Below are positions 39,145 through 48,353 of a stretch of DNA of 64,000 nt, piece by piece (within the stretch, counting starts at the first letter, position 1; the number at the start of each line of letters is the position of its first letter). The notes under the pieces were generated by a model that did not search any database, was not told where the DNA came from, and saw only the letters and a list, made by a program, of their open reading frames with translations. Location of the stretch: positions 3,030 through 67,029 of the forward strand of contig JAUSHX010000013.1 of assembly GCA_030648265.1 (NCBI GenBank). The letters are read 5' to 3'. Position numbers and translations under genes: made by a program. The DNA comes from a bacterium. GTDB lineage: Bacteria > Patescibacteriota > Minisyncoccia > Phycocordibacterales > UBA2100.

Positions 39145-40413
39145 CTATATCAACGCCTTCGCCCCGATGTCTCGGCGGAAGTATTTACCTTCAAAATGTA
39201 TCAGCTCAACGGCCTCATACGCGCGGTCAAGCGCGCCCTGAAGCGTGTCGCCCACGGCCGAGACTCCGAGTACGCGGCCTCCTGCCGTACTCAATGTCCC
39301 GCCTTGAGTTGAAGTGCCTGCGTGGAATACGACAACGCCTAGGATTTTCTCTGCTTCCTCAATTCCGGTTATGGGAAATCCTTTTTTGTACGTATCGGGA
39401 TACCCGCCGGAGGCAAGAACAATATTTACCGCAAAGCCGGAATTCCATTCAATATTCATGCCTGCAAGTTTTCCATCGGCGGAGGCTTCCAGAATATCCA
39501 ACAAATCTGTCTTCAACAGACGCATGTACACTTGGCATTCCGGGTCTCCAAAACGAGCGTTGAACTCCAGAACTTTAATGCCATTCGACGCCATTTTAAG
39601 CCCCGGGTACAAGATGCCGACGAACGGCGCCCCATGCTCCGCAAGCGCACGCAAGGTCGGGCGCACAATGCGAACTTCTATATCTTTCAGAGCCTCCATT
39701 GAAACGAACGGGACAGGTGCGATTGCCCCCATTCCGCCGGTGTTTTTTCCCGTTTCATTTTCGCCTACTTTTTTATGGTCCTGCGACGGCGGAAATAATA
39801 TGAAATCTTTGCCGTCCGCAAGCGCGTGAATGGAAATTTCCTGCCCATCCAGATATTCTTCTATGACGACTTCGTTGCCTGCCTCCTTGAACACGCGCTG
39901 TACCATGATTTCTTCAAGCGCGGACTCTGCTTCGGCGAGTGTCATACAAACGTAAACGCCCTTACCGAACGAAAGTCCGTTAGCTTTTACAACGATAGGA
40001 GCTCCGTGCTCGCGGATATAATTCAATGCGTCGTCGTGGTTGGAAAAAATCTCAAATTCGGCGGTGGGAACGCCTGCCTCCCTCATCAGGCGCTTCGCAA
40101 ATGCTTTTGACCCCTCAATGTGCGCCGCCGCTTTCACCGGACCCCACACGCGCAACCCGCGCAGCTTGAACAAATCTACGATGCCCTCTCCCAGCGGATT
40201 GTCAGGCCCGACGATTGTCAAAGCCACGTTTCTTTCCTTTGCGAACTTCACCAGATTCTCAAAATCCATTGCGTCTATCGGCACATTTTCACCTAAAGCC
40301 CCGGTGCCGCCGTTTCCCGGCGCAATGTAGAGTTTCCCGATGCGGGGCGATTGCGCGAGTTTCCACGCAAGCGCATTTTCCCTGCCTCCTGTGCCAACGA
40401 CCAAAACATCCAT
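39145..40413 (-). CDS. purD: Phosphoribosylamine-glycine ligase
   Basis: GGRE, APGNGG, QDHK, NTGGMG, EFNARFGDPE and GGRVL motifs. Confidence 0.97.
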   Translation of the reverse strand: MDVLVVGTGGRENALAWKLAQSPRIGKLYIAPGNGGTGALGENVPIDAMDFENLVKFAKERNVALTIVGPDNPLGEGIVDLFKLRGLRVWGPVKAAAHIEGSKAFAKRLMREAGVPTAEFEIFSNHDDALNYIREHGAPIVVKANGLSFGKGVYVCMTLAEAESALEEIMVQRVFKEAGNEVVIEEYLDGQEISIHALADGKDFILFPPSQDHKKVGENETGKNTGGMGAIAPVPFVSMEALKDIEVRIVRPTLRALAEHGAPFVGILYPGLKMASNGIKVLEFNARFGDPECQVYMRLLKTDLLDILEASADGKLAGMNIEWNSGFAVNIVLASGGYPDTYKKGFPITGIEEAEKILGVVVFHAGTSTQGGTLSTAGGRVLGVSAVGDTLQGALDRAYEAVELIHFEGKYFRRDIGAKALI

Positions 40414-40459
40414 GGTTGGATTATATACGAGAATCCGAGAAAAGGTGTCGTATGTATAT

Positions 40460-40495
40460 GGTACAATCCATCAACACCTGTTGATGGATTGTACC
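40460..40495. repeat. 36-bp palindrome upstream of PaaX/Cas2-like gene 1
   Basis: ggtacaatccatcaaca-cc-tgttgatggattgtacc; identical to 41101-41136; the ATG follows immediately. Confidence 0.95.
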
Positions 40496-41074
40496 ATGGC
40501 AAGAACATCCAATATGAAAACGACAGTGAATCAGAATCGGCGTGAGCGAACAGTGCAAATCCTCAAAATGGTTGCTGTCGGCGCACTTATCATTGGCATC
40601 GGTGCTGTACCATCTCCGCGGGCAGTTGGTAGGCTTCTTGCTGAACTAACACTTGGAGATAGCTCGAGAAATAGAAAATATGCGAGTCGGAAAATTAGAG
40701 AATTGAAAAAGCGCGGTTTCCTTGAGAAGCACGGCGTGCGGTATGCAGTCAGCGACAAAGGCCAACGAATACTCTCTCGCGAGCGCATTATGACCCTTGA
40801 GATACCAAGCTCCCGCAGGTGGAATGGGAGGTGGTATCTCATCATGTTTGACATTCCGCTCACGCAATCGTATGCACGGCAGGCACTCAATACGCTGTTA
40901 CTCGGCATGGGTCTGGTACAGTACCAGCAGTCGGTACTTATATATCCGTACCCCATCAAAGAAACGGTGCTGCACGTCTGCAGGTTTTACAAAGTCACTC
41001 GTTACGTATCTTTCGTTACGGCGGATAATGTCGACGGCGCGGACAAACTCAAAGGTCAGTTTGGCTTACCCTGA
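40496..41074 (+). CDS. PaaX-like regulator (wHTH plus Cas2-like domain), copy 1
   Basis: LKKRGFL...Y.VSDKG wHTH; WNGRWYLIMFDIP...G...YQQSVLIYPY. Confidence 0.8.
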   Translation: MARTSNMKTTVNQNRRERTVQILKMVAVGALIIGIGAVPSPRAVGRLLAELTLGDSSRNRKYASRKIRELKKRGFLEKHGVRYAVSDKGQRILSRERIMTLEIPSSRRWNGRWYLIMFDIPLTQSYARQALNTLLLGMGLVQYQQSVLIYPYPIKETVLHVCRFYKVTRYVSFVTADNVDGADKLKGQFGLP

Positions 41075-41100
41075 ACTTGCGCCGAGCTCACTCATGTAGC

Positions 41101-41136
41101 GGTACAATCCATCAACACCTGTTGATGGATTGTACC
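41101..41136. repeat. 36-bp palindrome downstream of PaaX/Cas2-like gene 1
   Basis: Identical to 40460-40495. Confidence 0.95.
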
Positions 41137-41163
41137 GCCGTCTATGAGTCATGAGTATCCGAT

Positions 41164-41697
41164 CTATCGACCGTGACTATCAAGATGATGCATGGCCTCT
41201 TCGGGCGTACCGACAAAGTGCACTGAATTCATGATATCGTCCCTCAAAAATCCTTCGTCGTTCATTCGCTGTAACTGCTGTTTAAGCCCATCGTAGAAGT
41301 GGTCTGTATTGACGATGACTACCGGTTTATTCTGTTCTCCGTCCTTTTTCATTCGTACTATTTCCGTGAGTTCGTTGAGTGTACCTATCCCTCCAACAAG
41401 CACGATAATCACGTCGCCACGCTCAATGAGACCTAGGTTCATATCGCGACCATTTTTCACGACTATCATTTCGTCAGCATTTTTATACGCTTTATCCTTA
41501 ATTTTCTCCTGGATAACGCCGATTACTCTTGACCTGCCACGCTGTGCAGTGCGAGCAATAAGACCCATCAGGCCTTCGTCGGCTCCGCCCCAGACCAACG
41601 CATATTTGTGCTCAGCGATCAATCGTGCAAGCGTTTCCGCCGCCCCTTTATATTTTTCTGCGACATCATACTGCGAACAGAAAACGCAGATATTCAT
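41164..41697 (-). CDS. LOG family (TIGR00730-like) nucleotide phosphoribohydrolase
   Basis: ICVFCS, LVWGG...GLMG and GGIGTLNE motifs. Confidence 0.88.
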   Translation of the reverse strand: MNICVFCSQYDVAEKYKGAAETLARLIAEHKYALVWGGADEGLMGLIARTAQRGRSRVIGVIQEKIKDKAYKNADEMIVVKNGRDMNLGLIERGDVIIVLVGGIGTLNELTEIVRMKKDGEQNKPVVIVNTDHFYDGLKQQLQRMNDEGFLRDDIMNSVHFVGTPEEAMHHLDSHGR

Positions 41698-41698
41698 A

Positions 41699-42469
41699 TC
41701 ATTCTTTAGTCAAAATCTCCGGACCGTCTTTGGTAATGATGACCGTGTGTTCAAAGTGCGCTGTGCGGGAGCCGTCTTTTGTGCGGTAGGAGTGGCCGTC
41801 TTTGTCAACATAGAGTTCGCCGGAGCCGAGCGCCATCATCGGTTCTATCGCAATAACAAGTCCTTCTTCAAGTTTCACTCCGCTCCCAGGGTGCCCGAAA
41901 TTGGGCACGTGCGGTTCTTCGTGTACTTTGAGCCCCACCCCGTGGCCCGAGAGATTTCGCGGAAATCCAAAGCCGTATTTTTTCGCGATGCGCTCAACGG
42001 CATAGCCGATATCCCCTGTAGTATTGCCGATTTTCGCCACCGCGATTCCAATTGTAAGAGCCTCTTGCGTTCCGTTCAACAAACGTTCGTCTTCCGGGTT
42101 CCGTTTTGTTCCCGCAATTACGGTAACCGCCGAATCGGTAAAAAATCCTTCATGCTTTATTCCAAAATCAAGGCATACGACATCGCCCTCTTCTATAGAA
42201 GTGTCATTCAATGCGGCAGGGCTGTGAACGATAACGTCGTTCACCGAAACGCACAGGCCGGATGGATACGGCTCTTCATTTTTTCCGCCTTTGTATCCGT
42301 AAAACGCCAGTTCATCGCCGTCTTTCGCGACCATTTCCCGGGCCATATCTTCCAGCTCGCGCGGAGTAATGCCAACTTTTACCATCCCCGACAAAATACG
42401 TAAATGCTTCGCGAGCCGTCTCCCTCCCTCGCGCAGTGCTGATATTTCCGTATCTCTTCTCGCGATCAT
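41699..42469 (-). CDS. map: Methionine aminopeptidase type I
   Basis: CVSVNDVIVH, GHGVG..VHEEP, AIEPM and AHFEHT motifs. Confidence 0.97.
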   Translation of the reverse strand: MIARRDTEISALREGGRRLAKHLRILSGMVKVGITPRELEDMAREMVAKDGDELAFYGYKGGKNEEPYPSGLCVSVNDVIVHSPAALNDTSIEEGDVVCLDFGIKHEGFFTDSAVTVIAGTKRNPEDERLLNGTQEALTIGIAVAKIGNTTGDIGYAVERIAKKYGFGFPRNLSGHGVGLKVHEEPHVPNFGHPGSGVKLEEGLVIAIEPMMALGSGELYVDKDGHSYRTKDGSRTAHFEHTVIITKDGPEILTKE

Positions 42470-43053
42470 GTAAGCTTCAGCGCCGAAAGAATATTTCTAT
42501 GAATAGTCGTGACGTCCGGTTCGCCATCAATCTCATGGATAGTGCGACAGCGGCTCTTCAGAAGTTCCAGTTGCGGTAGCACGTCGGTCTTCGTCCACGC
42601 AAGCCGTCTGCGGATTCCTTCCTCCGTGTCATCGTTGCGACCGCGGCCGATTAATCGTTTTACCGCCGTATCATCGGAAATGACAAGATTTACGACCTGC
42701 AAATCGTCTCGCTTGAAGAACTGCATCATGTCGTCAAACCCGCGGGTCTGATCGTCTCCGCGAGCAAGACCGTCCGCAATGATATGTTCTTCACCGGTGA
42801 AATTATCTACCAGTAATTTCGTCTGAAGATAAATGGCCATAAAGTCATAGATGCGTATGCCGTTGTCTATAATCTCACCGGTTAATTTGCCTGCGTATGT
42901 GCCTGTATCGCGCAGACTACGAAGTTCGTGACCCATGTCAATACGGATAACTTTGCGGTCGGACTTGGACTTCAGATAATCAACGAGCATCTGCACTTGC
43001 GTACCTTTGCCTGCGCCCTGAGAGCCGAAAAAAAGCAGCGTGACAGGCTTCAT
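42466..43053 (-). CDS. adk: Adenylate kinase (short, LID-less)
   Basis: GSQGAGKGTQ and RGRNDD motifs; position before map. Confidence 0.85.
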   Translation of the reverse strand: MKPVTLLFFGSQGAGKGTQVQMLVDYLKSKSDRKVIRIDMGHELRSLRDTGTYAGKLTGEIIDNGIRIYDFMAIYLQTKLLVDNFTGEEHIIADGLARGDDQTRGFDDMMQFFKRDDLQVVNLVISDDTAVKRLIGRGRNDDTEEGIRRRLAWTKTDVLPQLELLKSRCRTIHEIDGEPDVTTIHRNILSALKLT

Positions 43054-43058
43054 AAGAA

Positions 43059-43146
43059 AAGTTGACAGTTGACAGTTGACAGTTGACAGTGAAAAACATC
43101 TCGGCTTCGAGCTTCTGTAAACTGTAAACTGTTTGCTGTAAACTGC
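43059..43146. repeat. Family C heptamer tandem/inverted repeat
   Basis: (gttgaca)4 ... (ctgtaaa)n. Confidence 0.8.
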
Positions 43147-43153
43147 ATGATTC

Positions 43154-43744
43154 TTATTTTAGATTATAGCCCTCTCTTTCAAGTATCGCCACAACTTCTT
43201 CCACGGTCTCCTCCAGTTTCCCGTCGGCATTCACGACCCGATAGTCGTACTGCGGGGAGTGGAGGCGCATCTCATCCTCTGTAATGCGCATGCGCGCATT
43301 GAACTCCGTCTGTGTCCATTCCGGATTACGGGTGCGCAGGCGCGCCCTGAACTGCTCAATGGATTCGGGCATGATGAATATTGTCATAGCGTTGTACCGC
43401 TCTTTGAGAAGCTTTGCGCCGACGATGTCTACCTGCGCGAAGACTGTTTTCCCATCGGCAATGCCCTTCTCAAGTGCCGGGAGGTACGTTCCGTAGTATG
43501 TATTGAGCGCGGGAACAAACCGGTGCTCGGGAATATTTCCGCTTGCGAGCTCTTCGTCAAATTTCTCCTGCGTAAAAAAGTAGTAATCTACGCCGTCCGT
43601 TTCCCCCTGGCGCATGGCGCGCGTCGTCGCCGTGACGAGGCGCATGCAATTGGAATACTGTTTGAGTATTTCCCCGATAACGGCATTTTTCCCGCTTCCA
43701 GAAGGCCCGGCTATGACCACAACTTGTTTGCCGTCCGCATTCAT
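43154..43744 (-). CDS. gmk: Guanylate kinase
   Basis: GPSGSGK, TTRAMRQGE.DGVDYYF and YYGT motifs. Confidence 0.93.
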   Translation of the reverse strand: MNADGKQVVVIAGPSGSGKNAVIGEILKQYSNCMRLVTATTRAMRQGETDGVDYYFFTQEKFDEELASGNIPEHRFVPALNTYYGTYLPALEKGIADGKTVFAQVDIVGAKLLKERYNAMTIFIMPESIEQFRARLRTRNPEWTQTEFNARMRITEDEMRLHSPQYDYRVVNADGKLEETVEEVVAILEREGYNLK

Positions 43745-43752
43745 ATATGCGG

Positions 43753-45027
43753 TTAATACTCCCGTATGGAGGTTTGCGCGTCAACTTTCTTAACTACATC
43801 CAACACAACGGAGACAACGATCAGGAGCGCAGTGCCGCCGATGGTGACCGCGGTAATTCCCGTAATGCCTTGCAATATGAGCGGCAGAACCGCCAAAAAT
43901 CCCAAGAACAGCGCACCGACGAGCGTAATGCGCGTAATGATGTTGCCGAGATATTCAGACGTCGTAACACCGGGACGTACTCCCGGGATGAACGCGCCGT
44001 TTTTCTGTAAATTCTTTGCGATTTGCGTTGGCTCAAATGTAATCGCGGTGTAGAAGTACGTGAACAGGAACACCATTCCGAAATAGAGCGCTCCGTATAA
44101 CCACTGGTTCGCCAAAACTGAAACGACCCATGAGGCGGCGGAGGCGACTAATGCGATGGAGCTCTTGGATAGGAATGTCGCTATCATTTGCGGGAAAAGC
44201 AGAATGGAAAGCGCAAAGATGATAGGCATAACCCCAGCCTGATTAACTCGAAGCGGCAGGTATGTGGAAACACCTCCCATGACTTTCATACCGCGCACAC
44301 GCCTCGCGTACGTGACAGGTATCGGCCGTTCGGCCTCCGTGACAAAGACAACGCCCGCAACAATAACGGCGGCGACTACGGCAAAGCCTACGTACGCCGG
44401 CAATTGAGAAATATCAAAACTGAAGATAAATTGCGATATTGCGCTCGGAATGCCCGCGACAATGCCTGCGAAAATCAAAAGCGACACGCCGTTTCCAACA
44501 CCAAATTCCGTAATAAGCTCACCTATCCACATGAGCAGAAGCGCACCTGCAGCTATGACCATTACATTTGTAAGTGTTTGCATAAAATCCATTTCAGGGA
44601 CAACGCCGCTCTGGCGCAAAAGAATGAGAAAACCGAACGCCTGAATGAACGCGAGCGGAACTGTCAGGTATCTCGAATACTGCGTAAAGCGCATTCTCCC
44701 GGAATCTCCTTCCTCCTGATACATCGCCTTCAAGGAAGGAGAAAGTACCGAAACAAGCTGCATGACGATTGAAGCGGTGATGAACGGAGAGACTCCAATC
44801 ATCATGATAGAAAGGTTAGAAAATCCGCCGCCGGAAAAGACGTTGAGAAGGCCTAAGAATTGGTTGTTGCCGAGGAAATTTTCCAGTGCGGCTACATTGA
44901 TTCCCGGAATAGGAATTGCGGCAAGAAGGCGAAACACAACGAGGGCGCCGAGAACAAACAGAACGCGGTCGCGAAGAGTCTCGTCGGTGACGATAAGCTT
45001 GATCTTGCGATAGAATGTGTCCCACAT
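43753..45027 (-). CDS. secY: Preprotein translocase SecY
   Basis: IPIPGI, PFITASI, GNGVSL, AGVMPIIFA, IPGVRPG and GGTALLIVV motifs. Confidence 0.98.
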   Translation of the reverse strand: MWDTFYRKIKLIVTDETLRDRVLFVLGALVVFRLLAAIPIPGINVAALENFLGNNQFLGLLNVFSGGGFSNLSIMMIGVSPFITASIVMQLVSVLSPSLKAMYQEEGDSGRMRFTQYSRYLTVPLAFIQAFGFLILLRQSGVVPEMDFMQTLTNVMVIAAGALLLMWIGELITEFGVGNGVSLLIFAGIVAGIPSAISQFIFSFDISQLPAYVGFAVVAAVIVAGVVFVTEAERPIPVTYARRVRGMKVMGGVSTYLPLRVNQAGVMPIIFALSILLFPQMIATFLSKSSIALVASAASWVVSVLANQWLYGALYFGMVFLFTYFYTAITFEPTQIAKNLQKNGAFIPGVRPGVTTSEYLGNIITRITLVGALFLGFLAVLPLILQGITGITAVTIGGTALLIVVSVVLDVVKKVDAQTSIREY

Positions 45028-45030
45028 AAA

Positions 45031-45111
45031 AAGTTTACAGTTGACGGTGAACAGTTAACAGTAAAGAGGTCCCTGAGTTTCCTGTAATCTGTAAACTGTA
45101 GACTGTGAACT
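45031..45111. repeat. Family C heptamer-periodic inverted repeat
   Basis: gtttacagttgacggtgaacagttaacag...ctgtaaactgtagactgtgaac. Confidence 0.75.
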
Positions 45112-45561
45112 TCATATCGTTACGGTTCCGCCCGCCTTTTCAATCGCAGCGCGTGCAGTAGCGGAAACCACGCATCCTTTGAAATGCAATTTCTTGTCTG
45201 TTCCCCCGCCCATAATCTTGATTGGCGGAAAGAGAGGGCCGCGCGCGCGAATTATCATTTTCTCCTTCAACGCCTTCGGGGTAATCTCTGCGCCATCGGC
45301 AAAAATCTTTGCCACAACCGAGAGCGAAACCGGGATTGCGTCCTTGCGCGAAGGATTGACCGTACGGCCGCGATTCTTTCCGTATCCGCGGCGCTTGGGC
45401 AGTTTCTTTATGATGTCGCGGAGCTCCGGACGTTTCTTTCGGCCGGCACGGGCGTTCTGACCCTTTGTGCCGCGTCCCGCTGTTTTTCCGCGCTTGCCGC
45501 CGCGCCCCACGCGCATGCGCGAACGCGCCGTTATTCTTTTCAAGGTGTGTAATCCCGCCAT
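45112..45561 (-). CDS. rplO: 50S ribosomal protein L15
   Basis: RVGRG..GKTAGRGTKGQNAR and IEKAGG motifs. Confidence 0.96.
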   Translation of the reverse strand: MAGLHTLKRITARSRMRVGRGGKRGKTAGRGTKGQNARAGRKKRPELRDIIKKLPKRRGYGKNRGRTVNPSRKDAIPVSLSVVAKIFADGAEITPKALKEKMIIRARGPLFPPIKIMGGGTDKKLHFKGCVVSATARAAIEKAGGTVTI

Positions 45562-45563
45562 AA

Positions 45564-46199
45564 TTATTTTGAGACCGCTTTGAGTGCAGCCATTGCAGCG
45601 CGTGCATTGTTCAGCGGATTCTTGGAACGTGAGAGCAGTTTCGCCGTAACGTCGGAAATTCCCGCCAGTTCCAATACGGCTCGCACCGATGAACCGGCCA
45701 CAAGTCCGCGGCCGGGACTCGGCCTGATTTCCACGACCGATGCGCAGTACTTTGCTTCCACGTTACGCGGAATGCTTCTGGTTTTTGTGAGATTAATCGT
45801 GAGCATACTGCGCTTTGCCGCACGAGTCGCCTTTTCTATCGCCAACGCGGTGTCGGCGGCTTTCCCCAAGCCGACACCGACGCGCCCCTTCTTGTCCCCA
45901 AGAACGATGGCGACGCTGAAGTTAAAGCGCCGTCCGCCAGCCATAACGCGCGCGACGCGCCGAATGCCGATAAGTTTCTGGGCAAATTCGCTTCTGCGCT
46001 CATCGCGCTCCTTCCGTGGTCCTCGAGAAGGGCGGCCACGCATTCCTCCGCGGTCGCGGTCTCCCCCGCGGCGCGGAAAAGCCTTTTTCTCCGGCTCTTT
46101 CGTTTCAACGGGCACAACAGTTTCGTCAACTGGCAACAGGACTACTTCCGGTACAACAACCTCCTCCGCTTCGTCTATTATTTTTGGTTCAGCAGACAT
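45564..46199 (-). CDS. rpsE: 30S ribosomal protein S5
   Basis: RVARVMAGGRRFNF and VRAVLELAGI motifs. Confidence 0.97.
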   Translation of the reverse strand: MSAEPKIIDEAEEVVVPEVVLLPVDETVVPVETKEPEKKAFPRRGGDRDRGGMRGRPSRGPRKERDERRSEFAQKLIGIRRVARVMAGGRRFNFSVAIVLGDKKGRVGVGLGKAADTALAIEKATRAAKRSMLTINLTKTRSIPRNVEAKYCASVVEIRPSPGRGLVAGSSVRAVLELAGISDVTAKLLSRSKNPLNNARAAMAALKAVSK

Positions 46200-46388
46200 A
46201 TCTTAGATTTAATTAGTGAGCGAAGCGAGCTTAGTAAATCTTAGACCCAGCACCACTTTTGAACTCCAGCAGTTCTTGCCGATGAGTTCTGGCTGTGATT
46301 GCTTTCGGTAGTTTTGCATAATTATCATAAGTTTCAAAAGTGGTGCTGGGTAAGTAAAATATAGTCGCTTTGCTCCTTATTTTATTTA
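46197..46388 (-). repeat. Family A element #5 (micro-ORF MQNYR..., 46209-46319)
   Basis: Stem acccagcaccacttttgaa...ttcaaaagtggtgctgggt. Confidence 0.9.
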
Positions 46389-46724
46389 GAATTGAAGTCC
46401 GGCGGTGCGCGCGGCATCAGCAAACGCTTTTATCGTTCCCTGGTACTGGAACCCGCCGCGGTCAAACACGACGGCCTTGATTCCTTTTTTGCCCGCGAGG
46501 GAGGCAAGAGTACCCGCGGCCGCTTCCGCGCGCTCTTTGGGAGTCTTTCCCTTCGCGTCATCGGACGATATGGCGGCGAGAGTCACCCCCTTCGCGTCAT
46601 CAATGAGCTGGGCGATAAGGCGCGTGTTTGATTTGTATACCGAGAGGCGCGGGCGCTGTTCCGTGCCGATGACCTTGGCGCGGACGCGGCGGTGCCTGCG
46701 TATTCTGTTATCTTGTTTTGTCAT
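46386..46724 (-). CDS. rplR: 50S ribosomal protein L18
   Basis: RPRLSVYKSN and VVFDRGG motifs. Confidence 0.97.
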   Translation of the reverse strand: MTKQDNRIRRHRRVRAKVIGTEQRPRLSVYKSNTRLIAQLIDDAKGVTLAAISSDDAKGKTPKERAEAAAGTLASLAGKKGIKAVVFDRGGFQYQGTIKAFADAARTAGLQF

Positions 46725-46836
46725 GTTAGTTTTTCTTAACGAGTGATAACGAGTTTAGAAACAACTTACACCCAGCACCTTTCGCGAAAGGTGCTGGGTA
46801 AAGAAATAGTAATTCATTTCATTCATAACGATTTCA
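46722..46836 (-). repeat. Family A element #6 (loop tcgcga)
   Basis: Scaffold match; central hairpin as in #1. Confidence 0.9.
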
Positions 46837-47382
46837 TTATGCGGCTGCGCTTGTGACTTTCTTACCCGCCTTCTTGCGTACGACCTCTCCTTCATATCGG
46901 ATGCCCTTGCCCTTGTACGGCTCCGGCTTCTTGAGTGCCCGCACTGAGGCCGCAAACTGACCAACCTGCTCCCTGTCAGAACCAGAAACCGTTATGATGT
47001 TCTTCTCAACGGTAACGTGCAGACCTTCCGGAATTGCGACTTTGACGGGATGAGAAAAGCCGATTGCGAGCGAAAGTGTTTTTCCCGAAAGCTCGGCTTT
47101 GAAACCGATGCCCTCTATCTGAAGTTTCTTCACAAACGGTTTGGCTACGCCCTGAATCATGTTGCGAATGTGCGCGGCATACGTTCCCCACAGGGCGCGG
47201 GCAAGGCGGGTTTCTGCCGTGGGCACAACGGTGACCGAGCCATTCTCAATATTGATGGAAATCTGCCGGTGCAGAGCGCGCGTGAGAACGCCGTCCTTTC
47301 CTTTGACGCTGATTATTCCATCGGCCACGGAAATTTCCGTGCCCGATGGTATTGCGATTGCTCTTTTTCCGGTGCGGCTCAT
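46837..47382 (-). CDS. rplF: 50S ribosomal protein L6
   Basis: GFSHPV and PEPYKGKGIRY motifs. Confidence 0.98.
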   Translation of the reverse strand: MSRTGKRAIAIPSGTEISVADGIISVKGKDGVLTRALHRQISINIENGSVTVVPTAETRLARALWGTYAAHIRNMIQGVAKPFVKKLQIEGIGFKAELSGKTLSLAIGFSHPVKVAIPEGLHVTVEKNIITVSGSDREQVGQFAASVRALKKPEPYKGKGIRYEGEVVRKKAGKKVTSAAA

Positions 47383-47653
47383 GTTAGTTTTTCTTAACGA
47401 CCGAGCACTTTCTGACGATGCAGGTCTGAATAACTGTTTTAATGTTCCTTTTCGTGTTCATGTTTTTATAATCAATTAGCTTCTGAAAGTGCTCGGGGGT
47501 TTAGAAACAACTTACACCCAGCACCTTTAACGTACAGAATGCCGCGGGTTGGCGGAGTGTATTCCTTTGCGTTGTGCTTGATAAGTAAGTTCATATTGCT
47601 GGAAAAGGTGCTGGGTAAGTAAAATATAGTCGCTTCGCTCCTTATTTTACTTA
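47380..47653 (-). repeat. Family A element #7 (micro-ORF MNLL...; nested ccgagcactttc hairpin)
   Basis: Scaffold match, with a second IR element at 47401-47496. Confidence 0.9.
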
Positions 47654-48046
47654 CCATATCTCAAACAACGCCTCGCCTCCGACATTTTCTTTGCGCGCCT
47701 CTTTGCCCGTAAGAATTCCCTTGGGAGTTGAGAGGACTAGGGTGCCGTGGCCGTACCGCACCGGCATAATTTCGCTCACGCTCCGGTACATCCTCCGTCC
47801 CGGTTTTGAGATGCGCTTTACGCCGTGGATGACGTGGATTCCGTCGCTGTCATATTTGAGAACTACGTCCAGTGTCTTGCGGACCTTTTTCCCTTTCTTG
47901 TCTATTGATGCGACAAATCCGGCATCTTTCAACTTTTCGGCGACCGCCAGCTTGAGTGAAGAAAACGGCACGGAGACCGATTCCTTTTTCACGGCCCCCG
48001 CATTCTTGAGGCGGATTATGAAATCACCAATCGTATCGTTTACCAT
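47651..48046 (-). CDS. rpsH: 30S ribosomal protein S8
   Basis: RISKPGRRMY, STPKG and GGE motifs. Confidence 0.98.
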   Translation of the reverse strand: MVNDTIGDFIIRLKNAGAVKKESVSVPFSSLKLAVAEKLKDAGFVASIDKKGKKVRKTLDVVLKYDSDGIHVIHGVKRISKPGRRMYRSVSEIMPVRYGHGTLVLSTPKGILTGKEARKENVGGEALFEIW

Positions 48047-48170
48047 GTTAGTTTTTCTTGCGAGCGTAAGCGAGTTAGAAACAACTTACACCCAGCACCT
48101 TTGTTTCATTGAGAAACGAAGGTGCTGGGTAAAGAAATAGTAATTCATTTTATTCATAACGATTTCTTTA
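48044..48170 (-). repeat. Family A element #8 (17-nt loop)
   Basis: Central hairpin identical to #2 and #17. Confidence 0.9.
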
Positions 48171-48353
48171 CCAAGAGGACTTCTTAATTCCCGGAATGTT
48201 TCCTTCAAGCGCCTCCTCGCGGAAGCAAATACGGCAAAGATTGAAATCACGCAGGAAACCGCGCGGGCGCCCGCATTTGAAACAGCGCCGGATTACCCGG
48301 CTCTTGAACTTGGGCGGTCTTTGCGCCTTTACAACCATTGACCTCTTTGCCAT
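48168..48353 (-). CDS. rpsN: 30S ribosomal protein S14 (zinc-binding type Z)
   Basis: [10 protein letters not shown]...LCRICFRE...PGIKKSSW. Confidence 0.97.
   Translation of the reverse strand: MAKRSMVVKAQRPPKFKSRVIRRCFKCGRPRGFLRDFNLCRICFREEALEGNIPGIKKSSW

Noticed and set aside
40340-40495. N-terminal extension of PaaX-like ORF 40340..41074 (likewise upstream extensions of sufU, rpmC and ORF 10379..11560)
   Set aside because: The extensions overlap purD, repeats or promoter regions; downstream ATGs match paralog or ortholog lengths.
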